This document shows positions 1-14,860 of a stretch of DNA of 64,000 nucleotides, one piece after another. Both the position numbers and the translations under genes were made by a program. The DNA comes from the human T2T-CHM13v2.0 reference genome, Homo sapiens. The DNA is taken from assembly GCF_009914755.1 (NCBI RefSeq), contig NC_060927.1. One strand, given 5' to 3'. The notes under the pieces were generated by a model. It was not told the DNA's origin. It did not search any database and worked only from the letters and a program-made list of their open reading frames with translations. Within the stretch, counting starts at the first letter, position 1, and each line of letters opens with the position of its first letter.

Positions 1-997
1 GCGCCCCAACCCCTTATTTCTGCGCCCCAACCCCTTTCCCACTTTTCTGGAAGGTAAGAACCCCCGAACCCCTTCCCTCCATTTCTCTACTCTCTCTTTT
101 CTCTAGGCTTGCTTCCTTCACTATGGGCAACCTTCCACCCTCCATTCCTCCTTCTTCTCCCTTAGCCTGTGTCCTCAAAAACTTAAAACCTCTTCAACTC
201 TCACCTGACATAAAATCTAAGCATCTTATTTTCTTCTGCAATGCCGCTTGACCCCAATACAAACTCGACAGTAGTTCCAAATAGCCGGAAAATGGCACTT
301 TCAATTTTTCCATCCTACAAGATCTAAATAATTCTTGTTGTAAAATGGGCAAATGGTCTGAGGTGCCTGACGTCCAGGCATTCTTTTACACATCAGTCCC
401 TTCCTAGTCTCTGTGCCCAGTGCAACTCGTCCCATATCTTCCTTCTTTCCCTCCCGTCTGTCCCCTCAGTACCAACCCCAAGCATCGCTGAGTCTTTCTA
501 ATCTTCCTTTTCTACAAACCCATCTGACCTCTCCCCTCCTCCCCAGGCTGCTCCTCGCCAGGCTGAGCTAGGTCCCAATTCTTCCTCAGCCTCTGCTCCC
601 CCACCCTATACTCTTTTTATCACCTCCCCTCCTAACACCTGGTCCGGCTTACAGTTTCCTTCTCTGACTAGCCCTCCCCCTCCTGCCCAGCAATTTACTC
701 TTAAAATGGTGGCTGGACCTAAAGGCATAGTCAAGGTTAATGCTCCTTTTTCTTTATCCCAAATCAGATAGCGTTTAGGCTCTTTTTCATCAAATATAAA
801 AATCCAGCCCAGTTCATGACTTGTTTGGCAGCAACCCTGAGACACTTTACAGCCCTATACCCTAAAAGGTCAAAAGGCCGTCTTATTCTCAAAATACATT
901 TTATTACCCAATCTGCTCCCGACATTAAATAAAACTCCAAAAATTAAATTCCGGCCCTCAAACCCCACAACAGGATTTAATTAACCTCGCCTTCAAG

Positions 998-1234
998 GTG
1001 TACAATAATAGAAAAAAGTGGCAATTCCTTGCCTCCACTGTGAGACAAACCCCAGCCACATCTCCAGCACACAAGAACTTCCAAATGCCTGAACCGCAGT
1101 GGCCAGGCGTTCCTCCAGAACCTCCTCCCCCAGGAGCTTGCTACAAGTGCCAGAAATCTGGCCACCAGGCCAAGGAATGCCTGCAGCCCAGGATTCCTCA
1201 TAAGCCATGTCCCATCTGTGTGGGACCCCACTGA
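998..1234 (+). pseudogene. gag: HERV-H gag nucleocapsid remnant (CCHC knuckles)
   Basis: CX2CX4HX4C motif CYKCQKSGHQAKEC; the second knuckle CPICVGPH is ended by a TGA stop. Confidence 0.85.
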
Positions 1235-1724
1235 ATATCGGACTGTTCAACTCACCTGGCAGCCACTCCCAGAGCCCCTGGAACTCTGGCCCAAGGATCT
1301 CTGACTCCTTCCCAGATCTTCTCGGCTTAGCGGCTAAAGACTAACGCTGCCTGATCACCTCGGAAGCCCCATAAACCATCACGGACGCCGAGCATCAGGT
1401 AACTCTCACAGTGGAAGGTAAGTCCATCCCCTTCTTAATCAATACAGAGGCTACCCACTCCACATTACCTTATTTTCAAGGGCCTGTTTCCCTTGCCTCC
1501 ATAACTGTTGTGGGTATTGACGGCCAGGCTTCTAAACCTCTTAAAACTCCCCAACTCTGGTGGCAACTTAAACAATAGTCTTTTAAGCACTCCTTTTAGT
1601 TATCCCCACCTGCCCAGTTCCCTTATTAGGGCGAGCCACTTTAACTAAATTATCTGCTTCCCTGACTATTCCTGGATTACAGCTACATCTCATTGCTGCC
1701 CTTCTTCCCAATCCAAAGCCTCCT

Positions 1725-3480
1725 TTGCTTCCTCCTCTTGTATTCCCCCACTTTAACCCACAAGTAAAAGATACCTCTACTCCCTCCTTGGCGACTGATC
1801 ACGCACCCCTTACCATCTCATTAAAACCTCATCACCCTTACCCCGATCAATGCCAATATCCCATCCCACAGCAAGCTTTGAAAGGGTTAAAGCCTGTTAT
1901 CACTCACCTGCTACAGCATGGCCTTTTAAAGCCTATAAACTCTCCTTACAATTCCCCCATTTTACCTGTCCTAAAACCAGGCAAGCCTAACAAGTTAGTT
2001 CAGAATCTGCCCCTTATCAACCAAATTGTTTTGCCTATCCACCCCGTGGTGCCAAACCCATATCCTCTCCTATCCTCAATACCTCCCTCTACTACTCATT
2101 ATTCTGTTCTGGATCTCAAACATGCTTTCTTTGCTATTCCTTTGCACCCTTCATCCCAGCCTCTCTTTGCTTTCACTTAGACGACCCTGACACCCATTAG
2201 GCTCAGCAAATTACCTGGGCTGTACTGCCGCAAGGCTTCACAGACAGCCCCCATTACTTCAGTCAAGCCCAGATTTCATCCTCATCTGTTACCTATCTCA
2301 GCATAATTCTCATAAAAACACACGTGCTTTCCCTGCTTATCATGTCTGATTAATCTCCCAAACCTCAATCCCTTACCAAACAACAACTCCTTTCCTTCCT
2401 AGGCATGGTTAGTGCGGTCAGAATTCTTACACAAGAGCCAGGACCACACCCTGTAGCCTTTCTGTGCAAACAACTTGACCTTACTGTTTTAGCCTAGCCA
2501 TCATGTCTCTGTGCAGCAGCTGCTGCCACCCTAATACTTTTAGAGGCCCTCAAAATCACAAACTATGCTCAACTCACTCTCTACATTTCTCATAACTTCC
2601 AAAATCTATTTTCTTCCTCATACCTGACGCATATACTTTCTGCGCCCCGGCTCCTTCAGCTGTACTCACTCTTTGTTAAGTCCCACAATTACCATTGTTC
2701 CTGGCCCGGACTTCAATCCGGCCTCCCACATTATTCCTGATACCACACCTGACCCCCATGACTGTATCTCTCTGATCCACCTGACATTCACCCCATTTCC
2801 CCACATTTCCTTCTTCCCTGTTTCTCACCCTGATCACACTTAGTTTATTGATGGCAGTTCCACCAGGCCTAATCGCCACACACCAGCAAAGGCAGGCTAT
2901 GCTATAGTACAAACCACTGGCCCACCTCTTAGAACCTCTCATTTCCTTTCCATCATGGAAATCTATCCTCAAGGAAATCACTTCTCAGTGTTCCATCTGC
3001 TATTCTACTACTCCTCAGGGATTATTTAGGCCCCCTCCCTTCCCTACATATCAAGCTCGAGGATTTGCCCCCACCCAGGCCTGGCAAATTAGCTTTACTC
3101 AACACGCCCCGAGTCAGATAACTAAAATACCTCTTAGTCTAAGTAGACACTTTCATTACATAAATAGAGGCCTTTCCTACAGGGTCTGAGAAGGCCACCA
3201 CAGTCATTTCTTCCCTTCTGTCAGACATAATTCCTCAGTTTAGCCTTCCCACCTCTATACAGTCTGATAACAGACCAGCCTTAATTAGTCAAATCAGCCA
3301 AGCAGGTTTTCAGGCTCTTAGTATTCAGTGAAACCTTTATATACCTTACTGTCCTCCATCTTCAAGGAAAGTAGAATGGACTAAAATCTTTTAAAAACAC
3401 ACCTCACCAAGCTCAGCCACTAACTTAAAAAGGACTGGACAATACTTTTACCACTTTCCCTTCTCAGAAGTCGGACCTGT
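1725..3480 (+). pseudogene. pol: HERV-H pol remnant (RT start, RNase H and integrase fragments; stops and deletions)
   Basis: ORF 1725-2180 reads QYPIPQQALKGLKPVI...LDLKHAFF. Downstream frames are broken and the span is far shorter than an intact pol. Confidence 0.85.
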
Positions 3481-4148
3481 CCTCAGAATGCTACAAGGTA
3501 CAGCCCATTTAAGCTCCTGTGTAGACGCTCCTTTTTATTAGGCCCCAGTCTCTCATTCGACACCAGACCAACTTAGACTGTGCCCCAAAAAACTTGTCAT
3601 CCCTACTATCTTCTGTCTAGTCATACTCCTATTCACCGTTCTCAACTACTCATACATGCCCTGCTCTTGTTTACACTGTTTCTCCAAGCCATCAGAGCTG
3701 ATATCTCCCGGTGCTATCCCCAAACTGCCACTCTAAACTCTTGAAGTAAATAAATAATCTTTGCTGGCAGAACTATGCTGAATCTCCTTAGGCACTCTCT
3801 AATGAGATGTCCTAGGTCCTCCCAATTCTTAGACCTTTTATACCTGTTTTTCTCCTCTTATTCCATTTAGTTCCTCAATTCACCCAAAACCGTATCCAGG
3901 CCATCACCAATAATTCTATATGACAAATGTTTCTTCTAACATCCCCACAATATCACCCCTTACCACAAGATCTCCCTTCAGCTTAATCTCTCCCACTGTA
4001 CGTTCCCATGCCGCCCCTAATCCTGCTGGAAGCAGCCCTGAGAAACATCGCCCATTCTCTCTCCATACCACCCCCCAAAAATTTTTGCCACCCCAACACT
4101 TCAACACTATTTTGTTTTATTTTTCTTATTAATATAAGAAGGCAGGAA

Positions 4149-4580
4149 TGTCAGGCCTCTGAGCTCAAGCCAAGCCATCGCATCCCCTATGACTTGCACA
4201 TATGCATCCAGATGGCCTGAAGTAACTCAAGATCCACAAAAGAAGTAAAAATAGCCTTAACTGATGACATTCCACCATTGTGATTTGTTTCTGCCCCACC
4301 CAAACTGATCAATGTACTTTGTAATCTCCCCCACCCTTAAGAAGGTTCTTTGTAATTCTCCCCACCCTTGAGAATGTACTTTGTGAGATCCACCCCTGCC
4401 CGCAAAACATTGCTCCTAACTCCACCGCCTATCCCAAAACCTATAAGAACTAATGATAATCCACCACCTTTTGCTGACTTTTTTTCGGACTCAGCCCGCC
4501 TGCACCCAGGTGAAATAAACAGCCATGTTGCTCACACAAAGCCTGTTTTTGGTGGTCTCTTCACACGGACGTGCATGAAA
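4149..4580 (+). mobile_element. HERV-H 3' LTR (LTR7 family, LTR7Y-like)
   Basis: Starts TGTCAGGCCTCTGAG after the PPT and ends GGACGTGCATGAAA. Has type-II-like CCCCACCCTT repeats, TATAA at 4442 and AATAAA at 4514. Subtype is from recalled consensus. Confidence 0.93.
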
Positions 4581-5445
4581 TTTTTCATATGAAATTATCC
4601 AATATTTTATTTTTTAAGTAATGCTTAATTTATTATTTAAAATGAGATGGAAGCCAGAGAAAATATTTTCCTCTCTATGGTCATTGTTAGTTTCATGATA
4701 AACAGTTGACAATAGTTTTTTAGGCCATGGAATTGGGTAAGTGGAAGCCATGCAGGAGAAAAGATCAGAATGGACTAAGTGTGATAGCCATAGCAGATAG
4801 GTTTGCAGAAGCTGTTGGGGCAGCCCTTCTGGAATTTCCTAACAGTGACTGCCTTTGGTATATGGGAGGTGAGCTGTGGAGGGTTTACTATACTAATAGC
4901 TATCTAGGATAAATTTCTCATTCTTCCTCTCGTGTTGCTGTTGTGATATTCATTGCTGGTTTTTGTTTGCTTGTTCGTTTCCTAGATCCACCCACCCATG
5001 GTAGGTATGGAGATGTGGCAAAGCAATCTGAAAAGCAATGTACTATAGTAAGATTTGAAGAATTTCTCTGCTTCCTCAATTTGAAATACAGAATAACATA
5101 TAATGTTTGTAGCTCATTCATGCCTAATAAAATTTTTAAAAGTAAACTTTGTATTGTATAATTTTGGGGAGTTCACTTGAAACAGGATAGGTGAAAAATT
5201 GCCTTTTTTGTGTATATCTGTGTGTTCTCATTCATAAGGCTTTTTTGTTGTTATCTAGGGATTAAAAAACAGACTTTTTAAAGTCAGAATGACAAAATAT
5301 TAATATATATTATCATGTATTTTTAAAAATTTAACTCTATCAAGGAAATCCCTCCAAGTTTTTGAAGAAATGTTCACATTTACTGTAAGTGTGGAATTTT
5401 AGAATAGCAAAATTGTTAATTATTAATTTAATATATTATCCACTA

Positions 5446-7195
5446 TCGTAGTCTTGCTTTATCTGCAGTTTTCACTTTCCGTGGGTTTCAGTTACTCACA
5501 GTTAACTATGGTCTGAAAATATTAAATGAAAAAATTCCAGAAATAATTTATAAATTTTAAACTGTGCACCATTCTGAGTAGCACAGTGAAATCTGGCTCC
5601 CTTCCACTGGGACATGAGTCATCCCTTTGTCTAGCATATTCACGTGGTCTACCCTACCCCTGAGTTATCAGATTGACTGCTGGGTATTGCAGTGTTTGTG
5701 TTCAAGTAACCCTTATTTTATTTAATAATGGCCCCAAAGTGCAAAAATAGTGATGCTGGCTATTTGGATATGCCAAAAGGAAGCCAATTAAGTGCTTTCT
5801 GTAAGTGAAAATGTGAAAGTTCTCAAATTAAGGAAAGAAACAAATCTTATGCTGAGGTTGCTAAGATCTACCTTAAGAACTTATCTTCTGTCCGTGAAGT
5901 AGTAAGAAAGGAAAAAGAAATTCATGCTAGTTTTGCTGTCACATCTCAAACCGTAATGACTGTGGCCATAGTGTGTGATAAATTCTTAGTTAAGATGAAA
6001 AAGTCATAAAACTTGTGGGTGAAACACTAATGGCAATCAAGTTCACTATTATTCATGATTTCAGACATTCACTGGAGGTCTTGTAACATATCCTGTTGCG
6101 GGAAGTCAGGGACCCCAAACGGAGGGACCCGCTGAAGCCATGGCAGAAGAACGTGGATTGTGAAGATTTCATGGACATTTATTAGTTCCTCAAATTAATA
6201 CTTTTGTAATTTCTTATGCCTGTCTTTACTGCAATCTCTAAACATAAATTGTAAAGATTTCGTGGACACTTATCACTTCCCCAATCAATACCCTTGTGAT
6301 TTCCTATGCCTGTCTTTACTTTAATCTCTTAATCCTGTCAGCTGAGGAGGATGTATATCACCTCAGGACCCTGTAATAATTGCATTAACTGCACAAATTG
6401 TACAGCATGTGTGTTTGAGCAATATGAAATGTGGGCACCTTGAAAAAAGAACAGGATAACAGCAATTGTTCAGGGAATAAGAGAGATAACCTTAAACTCT
6501 GACCACCGGTGAGCTGGGCAGAACAGAGCCATATTTCTCTTCTTTCAGAAGCAAATGGGAGAAATATCGCCGAATTCTTTTTCTCAGCATGGAACATCCC
6601 TGGGAAAGAGAATATGCACCTAGAGGTATAGGCTTATAAACAGCCCCCCCAGGTGTGCCTGTCTCTTATGGTTGAGGCTGTAGGGGTGGAATAGACCCCA
6701 GTCTCCCATAGCACTCCCAGGCTTATTAGGAAGAGGAAATTCCCGCCTAATAAATTTTAGTCAGACCAGTTGATTTCAAAAAACCTGTCTCCTGATAAGA
6801 TGTTATCAATGACAATGGTGCCCGAAACTTCATTAGCAATTTTAATTTAGCCTCTGTCCTGTGGTCCTGTGATCTCACCCTGCATCCACTTGCCTTGTGA
6901 TATTCTATTACCTTGTAAAGTACTTGATGTCTGTGACCCACACCTATTCACACACTCCCTCCCCTTTTGAAAATCCCTAATAAAAACTTGCTGGTTTTTG
7001 TGGCTTGTGGGGCATCATGGAACCTACCGACATGTGATGTCTCCCCTGGATGCCCAGCTTCAAAATTTCTCTCTTTTGTACTCTGTCCCTTTATTTCTCA
7101 AGCCTGCCAACACTTAAGGAAAATAGAAAAGAACCTACGTGAATATCAGGGCAGGTTCCCCGATAATATCCCCTTAGGATAAGAGAGGAGTGTTA
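5446..7195 (+). mobile_element. MER44/Tigger7-derived DNA transposon, split by a MER11 LTR (pieces ~5446-6093 and ~7166-7195)
   Basis: Matches recalled MER44 (TTCAAGTAACCCTTATTTTA..AATGGCCCCAAAG..GCTGAGGTTGCTAAGATCTAC). The terminal ...ATATCCCC..GGATAAG.. segment resumes after the LTR. Confidence 0.8.
6094..7165 (+). mobile_element. MER11 solo LTR (HERV-K11/HML-8)
   Basis: Starts TGTTGCGGGAAGTCAGGGACCCC and ends GGCAGGTTCCCCGATA. Perfect 6-bp TSD ATATCC at 6088-6093 and 7166-7171; AATAAA at 6979. Confidence 0.93.
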
Positions 7196-7509
7196 TCATT
7201 TAGTCACTTATCCACTTATGCATATTTAGATTGTTTTCAATTTACTAAAAATAATGCTTTAATAATGAACATTTAAAGTTTATATGGGAACATCCGAACA
7301 GCACTATTTTCTATTTTTAAGTTGTTAAATTGTGAGCATAGGTATTTTTAAACCAATCACATCAAAGAATTCCCCAAACTGAAGTTCTCCTGAAAACTTG
7401 TTCCTCTAGAAGTCTAAATGCTGAGAGTTCACCTCAGAGATATACACAATACAGCATGTTATACAATTGAATCAGCACATGATTTGAAATGGTAATGATC
7501 ACATGAATA

Positions 7510-8472
7510 CAGGCACACCTTCTTGATGTGCTTCACTTTATTGTGCTTTGGAGATATTGCATTTTTATACCAACTGAAGGTTTGTGGGTACCTTGCATTG
7601 AGCAAGTCTATTGCCACCATTTTTCCAAAAGCATGTGCTCACTTAATGTCTTTGTATTACATTTTGGCAATTCTTACAGTATTCCAGCCTTTGTCATTAT
7701 TATTATATCTGTTACGGTGATCTGTGATCAGTGATCTTTGATGTTACTATTGTAATGGTGGCTATGGTGAAAATACCAAGAGAAATAGAATTGGAAGTGC
7801 AGCCTGAACTTGTGACTGAATTGCTGCCATCTCATAATAAAACTGGAAGAGGTGAGGAGTTGCTTCTTATGGATGAGCAAAGCAAGTGGCAGAATCTACT
7901 CCTGGTGAGGATGCTGTGAACATTGTCAAATGATGAAAAAGAATTTAGAATATTCCATGAACCTAGTTGAAAAAACAGCAGCAGTGTTTGAGAAAATTGA
8001 CTCCAGTCTTGAAAGAAGTTCTAATGTGGGTAAAATGCTGTCGAACAGCATGACATGCTACAGAGAAATTTTTCATGAAGGACTCAATTGATGCGGCAAA
8101 CTTCTCTGTTGTCTTATTTTCTTTCAGAAATTGCCACAGCCACCCCAACCTTCAGCAACCAACAACCTAATCAGCTAGCAGACATCAACATCAAGGCAGG
8201 ACCCTCCAACCTCCAGCAGGAAAAAGATTACCACTTGCTCAAGGCCCAGATGATCATTAGCACGTTTTAGCAATAAAGTATTTTTTAATTAAGGTAAGCT
8301 ATATAATTTTTTTACATGTAATACTATTGCACACTTAATAGACTATACTACAGTGTAAACATAAATTCTATATACATTGGAGAACCAAAAATTCATGTGA
8401 CTCAGTTTATTGTGCTATTCGCTTTATGGTGGTGCCTGTAACCAAACCTGCAATATCTCTTAGGTATACTTA
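7510..8472 (+). mobile_element. Internally deleted Tigger1 DNA transposon
   Basis: TA-CAGGCACACCT start and CAATATCTCTTAGGTATACT end; transposase 3' remnant (ACTCCAGTCTTGAAAGAAGTTCTAATGTGGGTAAAATGCT). Confidence 0.85.
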
Positions 8473-8540
8473 TAAATCTTATTTTGCCAACTTCAACCAC
8501 TGTTCTTCAGAAATGTGATAAAAGTAGTGAAAATATAATA

Positions 8541-9034
8541 CAGTTAACCCTTGAACAATACTACGTGGGTCCACTTTTATTAGAGTTCTCTTCAATAAAA
8601 GTTAACCCCGAGTGTGTCTGCCTCTTTTGTTCCCCTTTCATCTCCTCTTCATCTTCTGCCTCTGCCACACAGAGACAGCAAGACCACCCGAAGGGTTGGT
8701 CCTCCTCCTTCTCAGCCTAGTCAATGTGAACATGACAAGGATGAAGATCTTTATGATGATCTACTTCCACTTATTGATTAGTAAATATATTTTCTCTTCA
8801 TTATGATTTCCTTAATAACATTTTCTTTTCTCTAGCTTACTTTATTGTAAGAATATAGCATACTATGCATATAACATACAAAATATGTGTTAACTGTTTA
8901 TGTTATAGGTAAGGATTCTGATCAACAGTAGGCTATTTAGTAGTTAAGATTTGGGGGAGTCAAAAGTTATATATGGATTTTCAACTGCAAGGGGGTTGGC
9001 ACCCCTAACCCTCATGTTGTTCAAGGGTCAACTG
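8541..9034 (+). mobile_element. Tigger2-derived non-autonomous element (MER28/Tigger2a-like)
   Basis: Terminal inverted repeats CAGTTAACCCTTGAACAA / TTGTTCAAGGGTCAACTG, with TA on both sides. Confidence 0.88.
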
Positions 9035-10184
9035 TATAGACAAAAATATGTCAATGGTTACTAATAATATTTATAAATAACTACCCACTTAGAAGCTTTA
9101 AATTACAGCATCCTAAGAACAAGGAAATACAAAATGGATTAAAAACAACTGTAAAATGGTAAAATAATACTGACCCACATTACTATCTTGAGACTTTCAA
9201 AAAAACAGAAAAATCCTTGACATTCTACTCTCCTTCTTAAAATACCATTTATTTAGATGTTCATAAATGCTTTACCTGAATAGAAAAAAGGGCAAAGGGC
9301 AGCTGACAACAAAGTTCTTTTTGTGAGCAAGAAACAAAGAAAAAAAAATGAAGTCTAATGTGCAAATGTAAATCATCTAACCATTGTAAATCATCTGGAT
9401 TAATATTACCATTAAATATTTTCAAAATATGTTTGTCACTTATTTTATGACCAAATCTTAAAAACGCAGATAGCTTTTTGCCTTCTGCACCTCCCTGGTT
9501 GTAGGAGAATCGTTGTTTTACTCTACAGGGCTGCTCTTTCCTAATGCAACATCCCCATCTGGTGAAAATAGGTCTTTGCAATCAAGGCTCCATGAGGTAG
9601 GAGCCATTAGTTGAATTTGTGCATAAATAAAGCCATTCTAGAATAAAAGATCACAATAACACTATTTTAAAGTATATTTTGAAAGCACTTGCTTTAGACT
9701 CAAAGACAAAAATCACATCAAAGTTGTTGGTGCTGTAGCTTTGTAGGAGGGGGCTAGGGAAGGTTCAGGGAAGAGAAGGATGAATGCTGAAGGCCATTTC
9801 TAGTAAAATTAGGACTAGCTACATTTAAAATTTATTTCAATTCCCCATCTGTTGGCAAAACTAATCCTGACTCATTTTGGAATCTGTAGAATAAAGTGCA
9901 GAATTATAAACAAAGAAAAGTAAAAAGGCTTGTGGCAAATACATATGCATGAAAACTTCTGGATATTTTATTATTTTTTCGTATTTCTCATTTTAAAAAA
10001 CAGACACTTTATGACAAATCAATTCACCACAGTTAGTAAGAGTAGGCAATAAGTGAGCCAGAAGACTAGAAATATGAGGTTTACAGACACTTTGGTTACA
10101 ATTAACCATGTTCTAGTTTTTCCTATTATTAGAGCTAATGAACTGTTTATGTTATTATTGTTCATGTTAAAAACATATATTTCT

Positions 10185-10695
10185 TTTTAAACTTACTTTA
10201 TTAACTGACAAATAATAATTGTACATATTGATGGGGTACATAGTGATATTCGACATACAGAATGTATAATGATCAGTGAGGGTAATTAACATATTCATCA
10301 TCTCAAACATTTATTTCTTTGTGTTAGAAATGGTCAATATCCCCCTTATAGCTATTTAAAACATGTATTATTGTTAACTATAGTCATCCTGCAGTGTTAT
10401 AGAACACTGCAACTTATCCCTCCTACCTAGCTGTAATTTTGTATCCTTTAACACATTTCTGCCTATCCCTCCTTTTACCTTACCTTTCCTGTCCTGTAGT
10501 ATCAGTTTTTTCCTGTGTTCTACATTTTATGTCTGTGAGATCAACTTTTTGTAGCTTCCACATATAAATGAGGACATGTGGTGCTTAACTTTCTATTCCT
10601 GGCTTATTTCACTTAACATACTCCAGTTCTACCCATGTTGCTTTGAATGATAGGATTTCATTCTTTTTTATAGCTAAATCATATTTTATTGAAAA
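10185..10695 (-). mobile_element. L1MA-type LINE-1 3' end fragment
   Basis: Reverse-complement L1 3' UTR motifs (ATTGTACATATTGATGGGGTAC, TTCCTGGCTTATTTCACTTAACATA). Confidence 0.8.
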
Positions 10696-10818
10696 AATGT
10701 ATATTTCATTATTGCTTATATTTGTCAATGCATTTTTTTAAATTAAAGAATTATAAGTATAAACATGTATGCTGTTTTTATGGGTCTTGAATTATTTATT
10801 TAAGGATATGTAAAAATG

Positions 10819-11127
10819 GGCCAGACACTGTGGCTCACACCTGTAATCTCAGCACTTTGGGAGGCCAAGGCATGTGGATCACTTGAGGTCAGGAGTTTGA
10901 GACCAGCCTGGCCAACGTGGTGAAACCTTGTCTCTACTAAAAATACAAAAATTAGCCAGATGTAGTGGTATGGTCCTGTAATCCCAACTACTCGGGAGGC
11001 TGAGGCAAGAGAATCACCTGAACCCGCGAGGTGGGGGTTGTAGTGAGCCGAGACTGCCACTGCACTCAAGCCTGGGCAACAGAATGAGTCTGAAAAAAAA
11101 AAAATTAAAAAAAGAGAGAGAGAGAGA
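10819..11127 (+). mobile_element. Alu (AluS-type), full length
   Basis: Two Alu arms and an A/GA tail; 13-bp TSD ATATGTAAAAATG at 10806-10818 and 11128-11140. Confidence 0.95.
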
Positions 11128-12295
11128 ATATGTAAAAATGTACTTGATAAATCTAATTTTTCTGTCATACACAGGTATGGGGTTGGGATAGACGGAGATT
11201 ATGAGAGACAGCACGTATAATTTCATCACAGAGAGAACTTATAAAATATTGTATCTCTGAGTTAACTGTTACTAACCAAGAAGAATAATTCTTGGTAGCT
11301 CAGAATATTCCTATACCTTACATACCTATAAATCTGCTTACTCATTTTTGTTCTCACTACCTCCAAAAGTGTGATTGCAGTCAACTAAAATTATACATAA
11401 GGATATATATCCACAAAATAGTTGACTTCATGCATGTACACACACATCCACAGAAATATACTATAGTGGTTTATGGCAAATTAAGTAATGAATTTAACCA
11501 AAACCTATGGAGATTTTTTTAAGAGTTTAAAAAAAAATCCTATGAGCCACTAGTCAATTGCTTATTCATTTAGTTCAGAATTCATAGCTAACAGTGTTTT
11601 CACTTACTATTATCTCTCTTGTCCTGTCTCTCTGGGTCTCTTTTATTTATAGCTCAGAGTGTGAATCACATGATAGGAAACAGGGCAGTTTTTTGGTTGG
11701 AAAAATTGCTTTCTGATCTTTTTAGCATGATAGTGGTTAATTTATAAAAGCCTTTGTCTGGATAGGAGCTCAATTTTACTTTTATTCCATAAAGGTTCTG
11801 CAAGCATTTGATGTTGTTATTGTTCACAGAATAACAGAAAAGAAAATGTAAATTTAAAAAATTGTTCTTAAAGAAATGAAATAATGGCTTATTTTAGAAA
11901 GATCAGGAGCCTTCCTGCTGGGGGCGGGGGGAAATATATATAATACATTTAGTATAAATTAAATACAAAGGTTATATTTAAAATAGGTGGCAATATGGTA
12001 AAACTTCACTGTTGAAGTAAAATAAGTGCATTTATTAATATGATTTTAAAGGCCCTTTATTCTAAAATACTAATATAGACTTTTCCCCAAACTCTCTTAC
12101 ATCCTCAACTAGCAAAAAGCATATTTTCTGATTTTCTGTTTCCAGTTTCTGTCTATTTCTCCACATACAGCAATATTGTGTGGTCTCTTTAAAGCTAATA
12201 CTCTTGTAGAATATTTCACACATGCACACACAAAATATTTTTTAAACCTAATATTTAAAACATCAACCGCATCTAATCAAGTCGATTCTTCAAAG

Positions 12296-12510
12296 GCTGG
12301 ATACCATAATGGTTAAGATTATGGGCTCTGAGTTTGAATCCTAAATGTTTCACTTACTAATTATGTAGGCATTAGATTAACCTCTTCATGCCTCATCTTC
12401 CCTCATCTGAAAAACAAGATTTTATGTATAATAGCATTAACTGTAAAAGATTAAATGCAAAGAACAGTGCTGCCACATGGTATGTGCTCAATACATTTTA
12501 GCTATTATTT
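12296..12510 (+). mobile_element. MIR SINE
   Basis: Degenerate MIR core (GGGCTCTGAGTTTGAATCC...TTCCCTCATCTGAAAA...GTGCTCAATA). Confidence 0.6.
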
Positions 12511-12723
12511 ATATCAGCCGGGAAAATTTTTGTTTAATAATTAATTCTATGTGTTCAGGGATTATCTTTCTAACTAACTTTGCCTAATCTAAGTGCCTTA
12601 TATAAGCAAAGGCTTGGTAAATATTTTAATGATGATAGAGAAGAAAGTTATCATCATTTAGGTTCAGTAATCTAGGAAATCAATTTAAGCCATAGTATCA
12701 TACATAGTAAAGCAATATTTCTT

Positions 12724-14610
<1,887 letters not shown>

Positions 14611-14860
14611 TTAATATTTGAAAAAGTTATGTGTTTTCACAGATTACTTTTTCTCTCCTATTAAAAATTTCATTTAGAACTTTTTTTTCCAAATGTTTCT
14701 TTCAAACTAGTGCTGATTTTCAGTAAAACGATGGCTATTATCTCTACTTCAACAGGCAATTTTTTCACACATCACATTCTCAGAGTCTATATGTTGATGA
14801 TTTTTAAAGGAAATCTTTTAGCTATCTCTTAAGAAAAACAGTATTAAAACTGAGGTGACT

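Larger units (their letters stand above)
1..4148 (+). mobile_element. HERV-H internal region (5' part outside window; deleted, non-coding gag-pro-pol-env remnant)
   Basis: C-rich HERV-H-like sequence. Contains a gag zinc knuckle CYKCQKSGHQAKEC (ORF 998-1234), RT motifs NSPILPVLKP and SVLDLKHAFF (ORF 1725-2180), LPQGF near 2224, RNase H FIDGSS near 2845 and a polypurine tract AAGAAGGCAGGAA directly before the LTR. Confidence 0.96.

Noticed and set aside
10800-11229. Alu-derived ORFs (also at 28010-28275, 31777-32146 and 54216-54844)
   Set aside because: Typical Alu translation artefacts.
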